Assembly (NCBI GenBank): GCA_029258795.1
Contig: JAPDKB010000007.1
Coordinates: forward strand, 192,001 to 256,000
Source of the DNA: an archaeon
GTDB taxonomy: Archaea > EX4484-52 > WAPT01
Length of the DNA: 64,000 nt
Direction: 5' to 3'
Shown: one piece after another, positions 20,008 through 26,697 of the stretch
Position numbering within the stretch: position 1 is the first letter of the stretch
Layout of the letters: every line of letters starts with the position of its first letter
Notes under the pieces: generated by a model
Told to the model about the DNA's origin: nothing
The model's input: the letters and a program-made list of their open reading frames with translations, nothing else
Database searches by the model: none
Program-made: the position numbers and the translations under genes

Positions 20008-20463
20008 GTGAAAGCAATCTATTTTCAGCAATTGGAAGAAGCAAAAAAGTTCAAGTACCCGGCCATCCATACATCGGAAACTCTGGGAAAACTGGTGAGG
20101 TCCATCAGAAAGGTCGACGCGAAAGAGGACGAGAGACATGACGTAAAACTCGGGAAAAGGGTGCTGAAGTGTTTGAGAAATATCGAGTATCTGTGCAATT
20201 CAGGAAAACCCGTTCTCTCTGATTACGACATAACACTTGAAATAAACACCTACAGGATGCACGATCTGCTGATGGATGTTTGTGAAGATTGTGAATTTAT
20301 GATAAATCCAAGAACCTGTTACAGGGAAGGTTTCTGTGGTGCTGAAAAAATCCAAGAGAGGATTCTCGAAGTTGTTCGAAAGAATTATGGAAAGAAGGGT
20401 GTCAAACCTCAAATACACGAAATAAGCGTGAGCGCAGAGTTCTATAGTCTCCTCCGAAAGTAA
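20008..20463 (+). CDS. Hypothetical Cys-motif protein (paralog 1; true start uncertain)
   Basis: CEDC-x8-CYREGFC; aligns along its length with the next ORF. Confidence 0.6.
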   Translation: MKAIYFQQLEEAKKFKYPAIHTSETLGKLVRSIRKVDAKEDERHDVKLGKRVLKCLRNIEYLCNSGKPVLSDYDITLEINTYRMHDLLMDVCEDCEFMINPRTCYREGFCGAEKIQERILEVVRKNYGKKGVKPQIHEISVSAEFYSLLRK

Positions 20464-20550
20464 TGCTGATTCAGTTTAAACTAAATAGAGATATGTTTAA
20501 ATTTCATCGAATAAAAATTTAAAAATATTTGTTATGATTATTACTTATTA

Positions 20551-21018
20551 GTGGTTACCATGATCGAAGATGCGCGCAGGCTGGAAAAAAGAAAGGAAAA
20601 GGTGTTGAGAAACAAACCCGGTGGTGTAAAAGTAGAGGAGTTCTTAAAAAGACTTTCCGAAATGCAGAAAGGGTATGAGCCTCTGTACACACGGGAAGAC
20701 ATCCATAAAATCATGAAAAGTTTCAATCCGGAGGTTCCTCCTCACTCAGTTAATTGTATGCTTGAATATATTAAAGAGCTCTCCAGATTAAATGGACACG
20801 GCAATGGAATAAAGGTGGAAATAGAAACAAATTATCTATGGAATGTTATAGAGAGGTACTGCCGCAGATGTCCGGGCGAACAAAGACTCTCGTGCTACAG
20901 AAAGGGTGAGTGCACACTCAATATATTACCAAAGAGTGTAGTGGAGCTATACAAGGAAAAGATGCCCTGTGCAGAAGGAAGAAAGACTCGAGTTTATAAT
21001 ATTAGGGTCACGATGTGA
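20551..21018 (+). CDS. Hypothetical Cys-motif protein (paralog 2)
   Basis: CRRC-x7-CYRKGEC; TTTAAA TATA-like motif upstream. Confidence 0.6.
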   Translation: MVTMIEDARRLEKRKEKVLRNKPGGVKVEEFLKRLSEMQKGYEPLYTREDIHKIMKSFNPEVPPHSVNCMLEYIKELSRLNGHGNGIKVEIETNYLWNVIERYCRRCPGEQRLSCYRKGECTLNILPKSVVELYKEKMPCAEGRKTRVYNIRVTM

Positions 21019-21056
21019 AGATTCATATAAAAATTCTGGTGCTGTATGAATAAACT

Positions 21057-21545
21057 ATGCGCATCTCCCAGCAAATATGGCCGAGAAGCGTTGTGCTCGT
21101 GTGCAGCGTGGATGAAGATGGTAAAGCAAATGTTATGACCGCGAGCTTTGTCATGCCTGTAAGCTTTAACCCAAAATACATAGCTGTTTCCATCTCTCCC
21201 AAACGTCACACCTTCTCCAACCTTCAGAAAGTTAGAGAGATGACCATCAACGTTTGCGATGTGAACATGAAGAAAGCTGCTGATATCTGCGGTACTTACT
21301 CGGGCAAGAATGTGGATAAGTTCGAGCTAGCAAACCTCACTGAGGAGAAATCAAGAAAGATCAGGGTACCGTGTATAAAGGAAGCACCAATCAGTTTTGA
21401 ATGTGTGGTTGAAGGTATGCATGAATACGGAGACCATTTTATCGTTGTGGGGAGGGTTGTGGAGGAGCACGTGAGGAAAGCTGAGTTCGAGCCGCTGCTT
21501 CATGGAAGTGGGGATGATTACTTCACCGCAAGAAAGATCGACTGA
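21057..21545 (+). CDS. Flavin reductase-like FMN-binding protein (flavoredoxin family)
   Basis: PRSVVLV, GKANVMTAS, SFNP, HTFSN, CGTYSGKNVDKF, P.IKEA..FEC, GDH..VGRV. Confidence 0.9.
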   Translation: MRISQQIWPRSVVLVCSVDEDGKANVMTASFVMPVSFNPKYIAVSISPKRHTFSNLQKVREMTINVCDVNMKKAADICGTYSGKNVDKFELANLTEEKSRKIRVPCIKEAPISFECVVEGMHEYGDHFIVVGRVVEEHVRKAEFEPLLHGSGDDYFTARKID

Positions 21546-22557
21546 GGATTTCATCCAGCAGCTCATATTTATTGAAGCACATGAGGTGTACACCCCTGAA
21601 GTCAAGTTCTCTGCTCAATTTGATCATTTCCCTCGTTCTTTCAATTCCGGCAGCTTCGCCTTCTTTTTTTACCGCTTTGATGAGCTCTTCATCTATTCTC
21701 ATACCCGGCACTCTTTTCAGCTCTTCAACCATTTCAGCCGAGATCAAGGGTAACACGCCCACGATCACCTTTCTTCTGAACTCTTCATCCAGTTTCCTGG
21801 CCAGCTCTTCGAGAACTGTAAAGCTGAACACTGCCTGTGTCTGGGCAAAATCAGCGTACCTCATCTTCTTTCTGAACTTGAGCAACTCATTCTCAAGCGG
21901 GACTGCGTTTGGGTTAAGAGCGACACCCACGCTTAGCGTGCGGAACCTCTCATTCTCGTCCTTCTTGAGCTTCCATGCAAGATAGGTTGAATCCACAAAG
22001 AAGTGTGCTTTCCTCCCTTTAGAGTAATCTCCAGTCAGCAGGAGCACGTGGTTTATGCCAGCAATTCTTGCAGCGAGCAGCTTTGAAGTTATCACTTCCA
22101 TACTCTTGTTCCTGCAGACCACCTGCAGAATCGGGATGATATGTTTTTCCATGAGCCAGCATGCAACCATAAGATTGTCAGCATGTTCTTTTCCCATCGG
22201 GTTGTCCGTCACATTTACTGCATCGATAAGGTGAGATCTTTTTTGTAACTTTTCCATCAGTTCAGCTATTTTTTCCTTTTCACCGAACGGAGCAAGCTCG
22301 GTTGTGACTACAAAATCCTTGGAAAAAAATGATGGCTCAACTCTCGGTGGCGTGAAATCCTCAAGCTTCTGCCCTTCATGAAAAATGGAAATGATTTCGT
22401 TTTCCATGCCCGCGTTTCTCAGCTCGTTCATGATTTCAGCCCATGCACACCTGCCGCCAAGCTCACAAATCCCATCATGGCTTCCGCCACATGGCCCATT
22501 CCACATTTGTTTCGGGCAGCGATCGTGTGCTTCTACAACCAGTTTGAAAATATTCAT
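21523..22557 (-). CDS. metF: Methylenetetrahydrofolate reductase (MetF) with N-terminal Cys-rich MetV/MTHFR_C-like segment
   Basis: CPKQMWNGPCGG..GICE...CAW followed by VTTELAP, DAVNVTDNP, QVVCRNKS, LLLTGD, ADFAQTQ, GVHLM; start ATG 22557 with AAGGTG SD. Confidence 0.88.
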   Translation of the reverse strand: MNIFKLVVEAHDRCPKQMWNGPCGGSHDGICELGGRCAWAEIMNELRNAGMENEIISIFHEGQKLEDFTPPRVEPSFFSKDFVVTTELAPFGEKEKIAELMEKLQKRSHLIDAVNVTDNPMGKEHADNLMVACWLMEKHIIPILQVVCRNKSMEVITSKLLAARIAGINHVLLLTGDYSKGRKAHFFVDSTYLAWKLKKDENERFRTLSVGVALNPNAVPLENELLKFRKKMRYADFAQTQAVFSFTVLEELARKLDEEFRRKVIVGVLPLISAEMVEELKRVPGMRIDEELIKAVKKEGEAAGIERTREMIKLSRELDFRGVHLMCFNKYELLDEILSRSFLR

Positions 22558-22682
22558 TAAAGCCACCTTCAATCCCGTTTTTCTTACCACTTTCAAGCAC
22601 TTCAAGATAGATATGGATGTTAGATGTTAAAATTGTTGTGTTGTTTCGCTCTCTCAAAAAATGCCACTTCCTGTTCATCATT

Positions 22683-22856
22683 TCATCCTGACACAAACTT
22701 TTCCATATCTTTCAGGTCGAAGCACCATACTTTCCTGCTCTCAAACTCATCAATTCTTTTGCTGAAGCTCTTGGCAAAAATGGCAAAGCTTTCCTTTCTC
22801 TCATCGCTGTGCCAGTCAACGTGCTTTGATTTTTCGGCAAGTTCTTTAACAATCTT
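22683..22856 (-). pseudogene. Remnant of the C-terminus of an archaeal ATPase/DUF234-type protein
   Basis: My translation: KIVKELAEKSKHVDWHSDERKESFAIFAKSFSKRIDEFESRKVWCFDLKDMEKFVSG*; in-frame stop directly upstream and no start codon; family call from recalled motif. Confidence 0.5.
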
Positions 22857-22962
22857 TCAGCAAATTCAATCATTTCAAGATTCTGTGGCTCATGCGTGAC
22901 TGCTCACCCAGCTGCATCAGAGCAACACATTTTAATTAATTACCGTCCAACACCATTCTGTG

Positions 22963-24210
22963 ATGAGGATGAACCCTGATGAAATTATTGGAGAGGTTGT
23001 ACATCTTACCAGGCTCCACGATCTCTGGCGCAAATACGAGTGCATAAATTTGATAGCTTCTGAAAACATTATGTCCCCGAAAGCAGAAGAGCTTTATATC
23101 AACGACATGATGCACCGCTATGCTGAAGGACTGCCGTTCAAGCGGTACTATCAGGGTCACAAGTATCTCGATGAAGTGGAGGTAAAAGCGCAGCAGCTCA
23201 TGGCCGGGCTTTTCAATGCCGCACATGTTGATTTGCGCCCCTTAAGCGGCACGATAGCTAACCTTGCTGTCTTTGTCGCGTTTCTGGAAAACGGGAATAA
23301 GGTTGCTGCGCTTGACGTCCCTCACGGCGCTCACGTCTCTCACACGATTCATGGCGCGTTGGGATTGAGGGATGTGGAGGTGCTGCAGCTGCCGTTTGAT
23401 AAGGAAAGAATGAACATAGATGTTGATAAGGCGGTAAAGCTTGTGGAGCAGGAAAAGCCAGATATGATTATTCTGGGGGCGTCGCTATTCCTTTTCCCGC
23501 ATCCAGTAAAAGAGATAAGCGATGCCGCCAAGAGTTATGGAGGGCTTGTTGTGTATGATGCCGCCCATGTACTCGGATTGATAGCGGGTAAGCAGTTCCA
23601 GCAGCCATTTGAGGAGGGAGCAGATGTGGTCACGAGCTCAACCCACAAAACCTTCCCCGGCCCGCAGGGCGGCGTGATAATGGCTGCTGAGCATGTTGAT
23701 TTCGAGAGGGTGCAGAAGGCGATATTTCCAAAACTTGTGTGCAATCACCACATCCACCGGCTCCCTGCTTTGGCTCAGACCGCCTGGGAGATGTGGAGGT
23801 ATGGTGAAGCTTACGCCAGACAAACAATAAAGAACGCCAAAGCGTTGGCTGAGAAGCTGTCTGAGCTGGGCTTTAAAGTGCTGGCTGAAGAGCATGGATT
23901 TACCGAAAGCCATCAGGTTGTGATAGATGTGAGGGAGTACGGTGGCGGAAAGGTTAACGCTGAGAAGCTGGAAGCAAACAACATCATAGCCAATAAAAAC
24001 ATGATTCCGGGAGATGAGGCAAGCAGCGAGACCATGAAGAATCCTTCCGGCATAAGGATCGGCACGCAGGAGATGACGAGATGGGGCTGCAAGGAGAAGG
24101 ACATGGAGGCAATAGCGGAGTTCATACATCGTGTTGTGGTCAAGGAAGAGAATGTGAAGGATGATGTAATGGAGTTCAGAAAGAGTTTTAGGGAGGTGCG
24201 CTACTGCTGA
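22963..24210 (+). CDS. glyA: Serine hydroxymethyltransferase (archaeal type)
   Basis: INLIASEN, RYAEGLPFKRYYQG, SGTIAN, HGAHVSH, YDAAHVLGLIAG, SSTHKTFPGPQGG (PLP Lys), PSGIRIGTQE. Confidence 0.96.
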   Translation: MRMNPDEIIGEVVHLTRLHDLWRKYECINLIASENIMSPKAEELYINDMMHRYAEGLPFKRYYQGHKYLDEVEVKAQQLMAGLFNAAHVDLRPLSGTIANLAVFVAFLENGNKVAALDVPHGAHVSHTIHGALGLRDVEVLQLPFDKERMNIDVDKAVKLVEQEKPDMIILGASLFLFPHPVKEISDAAKSYGGLVVYDAAHVLGLIAGKQFQQPFEEGADVVTSSTHKTFPGPQGGVIMAAEHVDFERVQKAIFPKLVCNHHIHRLPALAQTAWEMWRYGEAYARQTIKNAKALAEKLSELGFKVLAEEHGFTESHQVVIDVREYGGGKVNAEKLEANNIIANKNMIPGDEASSETMKNPSGIRIGTQEMTRWGCKEKDMEAIAEFIHRVVVKEENVKDDVMEFRKSFREVRYC

Positions 24211-24542
24211 TGCTTCCCCACAAGATATTTGAGATAAAAGCTGAGAAGCACAGCGAGGCAGAAATAAAGCTGGACAAGCATTTCTTCGTTATAAACGTTG
24301 ATCATGAATCAAAGGAAATCGTGGTTGAAGCTTATGAATATCTGGGCACGGAAACAAGACCGGGGAGTGGAAAGCTGAAGTTCATCTTCAGGGGGAAGAA
24401 TGGTATAGATCTTTTTCGCACAATACTTAAGTATGACCTCGTGAGCATGCTGGATCATGCTGCATATCTGGGCTATGAGCTTGCCAGAGCCGAGGAATGC
24501 CTGAAATCCGGCAAAAAGTACGTGCAGGACGAGAACGGATAA
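24210..24542 (+). CDS. DUF4346-family protein
   Basis: LD..FFVINVD...EIVVE...FRGK....L...I....LVSMLDHAAYLGYELARAE.CL..GKKYVQD; TGATG overlap with glyA. Confidence 0.85.
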   Translation: MLPHKIFEIKAEKHSEAEIKLDKHFFVINVDHESKEIVVEAYEYLGTETRPGSGKLKFIFRGKNGIDLFRTILKYDLVSMLDHAAYLGYELARAEECLKSGKKYVQDENG

Positions 24543-24575
24543 TGCTAAACATTTCTCTTCAGCAATTTTGCTCGA

Positions 24576-24935
24576 TCACTGCTTCACTCTAAAAACATGG
24601 GCGGTTCCATTCTCCTTGTATATGAGTTCCTTGAATCTCGCTCCTGACGGCACGAGATAGATGCGAAGGAAGTAGTCCTTCACCCTGTCAAACTCAACCT
24701 CCCTGCCGTTTGAAAGCGCGCTTTCTATCACGGGCCATAAAGTTTCTTTGTCGTAGAGAGAAAGCCATTGAGCCAAGGTGCCCCGCACTACCTTTCCATT
24801 CTTTTGGGCTTCATATTTCAGCTCAAGATATATCTCTCCCGCCAAGACGCCCACTTCCATTTTGGATGAACCACAATATATAATTTTCCTTTCAGAAAGC
24901 AAGTCTGCTGTGCATTCGTCGAATTGAAAAATCAA
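24576..24935 (-). CDS. Hypothetical protein
   Basis: 119-aa ORF with coding-like composition; no motif recognised. Confidence 0.45.
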   Translation of the reverse strand: MIFQFDECTADLLSERKIIYCGSSKMEVGVLAGEIYLELKYEAQKNGKVVRGTLAQWLSLYDKETLWPVIESALSNGREVEFDRVKDYFLRIYLVPSGARFKELIYKENGTAHVFRVKQ

Positions 24936-25010
24936 GGGAAAGAAGAATACACGCCAGAATACAAATTTTTATATATGGCGGAGTAAGCACTTTTTAGTGA
25001 GGTGTTGCTT

Positions 25011-25109
25011 ATGATAAGGAAGGTGAAGCCGGAGGAGGAGGAGTTCATAAAGGAATGTATCTGGAACTGGGATAAGGCGAGCGAGCTTATGGAAAAATTG
25101 AAGGAGTGA
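25011..25109 (+). CDS. Very small ORF (32 aa), possible gene or fragment
   Basis: GAGGTG SD upstream; MIRKVKPEEEEFIKECIWNWDKASELMEKLKE; not in ORF track. Confidence 0.3.
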   Translation: MIRKVKPEEEEFIKECIWNWDKASELMEKLKE

Positions 25110-25152
25110 TCCCTCCTATCGCCTACCCGTTCCATTATTTTAGGTGTTGGTC

Positions 25153-25278
25153 ATGTCGCGTGTTGAGGAAGTGGGGCAGAAGTTCAGATGCAATATATGC
25201 GGGAATGTGGTGGAAGTTGTTGAGGTAGGCGGCGGCACGCTTGTCTGCTGTGATGAAGAAATGGAGCTTGTGGACTAG
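25153..25278 (+). CDS. Desulforedoxin-type Fe(Cys)4 protein (41 aa)
   Basis: [41 protein letters not shown]: CxxC-x15-CC signature; AGGTG SD; not in ORF track. Confidence 0.9.
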   Translation: MSRVEEVGQKFRCNICGNVVEVVEVGGGTLVCCDEEMELVD

Positions 25279-25466
25279 TTTTTAATTTTCCTGTGATTAA
25301 ACACAGATTTCTCCGAAAAGGTTAGAGAAAATTTTATATAAATTAACTCACTATAAATTACACCTGTTGGAAAATATTATTTTTCAGTGTTGGTAAAAAA
25401 ACTCAGAAATTTTTTGTGTTTTTCCTCAAAATTACACAAAAGGGGTGAGATTTATGGGTGATAGCG

Positions 25467-25898
25467 ATGACGAAGGGCATGCACGTAATCATGGAGCTTT
25501 ACGGATGCCCTTCAGAGGCAATAGCTACGGTTTCTTCTGTAAAAGAGTTAGTGGATACTATAATTAAAGAGTCGGGAGTTAACAGGATAAGCGAGTTCTA
25601 CCATCAGTTTAGGCCCCATGGTGTTACTGGCATAGTTCTGCTTGCTGAATCGCACATATCCGTACATACATGGCCAGAGAAGGGTTATGTTGCTCTGGAT
25701 ATTTATACATGTGGAAGTGCAACCAAAGCCCTCAAAGCTGCCGAGGTAGCCGTGGAGGTTTTCAGACCGAAAAAGGTTGTGAGAAAGGACATGATGCGCG
25801 GCTTGGAGCATGAGACAGAGGTGGGAAAAGCGGTGGAAGTGCAGAAGCCCGTGCTAATAAGCTCTGTTGATGGTGCGAGAATGGAGGAAGGAATTTAA
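25467..25898 (+). CDS. speD: S-adenosylmethionine decarboxylase proenzyme
   Basis: GMHVIMELYGC, HQFRPHGVTGIVLLAESHISVHTWPE..YVALDIYTCG (ESH self-cleavage site). Confidence 0.95.
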   Translation: MTKGMHVIMELYGCPSEAIATVSSVKELVDTIIKESGVNRISEFYHQFRPHGVTGIVLLAESHISVHTWPEKGYVALDIYTCGSATKALKAAEVAVEVFRPKKVVRKDMMRGLEHETEVGKAVEVQKPVLISSVDGARMEEGI

Positions 25899-25904
25899 AT
25901 TAAG

Positions 25905-26603
25905 ATGTTGAATTTTCTTGATATGATGGTCGACATCACGCTGACGCCCGAGAGCATATACAGCTCTGTTCTTTCCGAACTTAGGAAAGAGAAAAAGGAA
26001 GTTAGCGATGTGGTGGAAAATGTTTATCTCGATTATCTTTTGCCTGATGTTGCTCCCTCCGTTATAGGTTACGTTCCCGACATTGGAATCAGAGGTAACA
26101 TTGACAGGTGGTGCAGGTATTTTTATTCAGGTTATGAAAAACCTGCGTCACCACCCATGTTCTTGAATCCCGTTGCTCCCTATATGCTTGATGTCTATGA
26201 CCTTAAAGCAGCGGTGTATCACGAAGCGGTGCATCAAAAACAAATGCTTGCGGAACTAACCATGGATAGAAATCCGCTGGAGGAAGTGATAGAGAGGTAT
26301 GTGGAGTTTGAAAATGAAAAGGAGAAGGAGATGTTCTACAGGGTGAGAGATGCGCTTTGCAGAACTCCCGAGCTGAGGCATGTGATTCTGGAGGGGGAAG
26401 CGCAGTATTTGATGAGTAGGGCATTTCCGTATGCAAGCAAGTCCATCAAGCCGTATTGGAAAGAAGAGGTTATTTACCGCTCGATGCTGGAGATGGTCAG
26501 GGGTGCTGTCAGAAAGGGTGGGAGCCCGAAAGATGTGAAGAAATACGTTGCCTTCCTCACCTATTTGTTTAAGCCAAGAACTCTTTACAGGCATGCTTCC
26601 TGA
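25905..26603 (+). CDS. Hypothetical zincin-like protein
   Basis: YHEAVH (HExxH) with distal EGEA third-ligand-like motif. Confidence 0.55.
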   Translation: MLNFLDMMVDITLTPESIYSSVLSELRKEKKEVSDVVENVYLDYLLPDVAPSVIGYVPDIGIRGNIDRWCRYFYSGYEKPASPPMFLNPVAPYMLDVYDLKAAVYHEAVHQKQMLAELTMDRNPLEEVIERYVEFENEKEKEMFYRVRDALCRTPELRHVILEGEAQYLMSRAFPYASKSIKPYWKEEVIYRSMLEMVRGAVRKGGSPKDVKKYVAFLTYLFKPRTLYRHAS

Positions 26604-26697
26604 CAAATTTTTCTCTAACCCGGATTTTCTTCACCACGTGTTGATGAAAAACCGATAACCCTTAGCTTTATATAGATTGATTGCGATGATTGTATTC

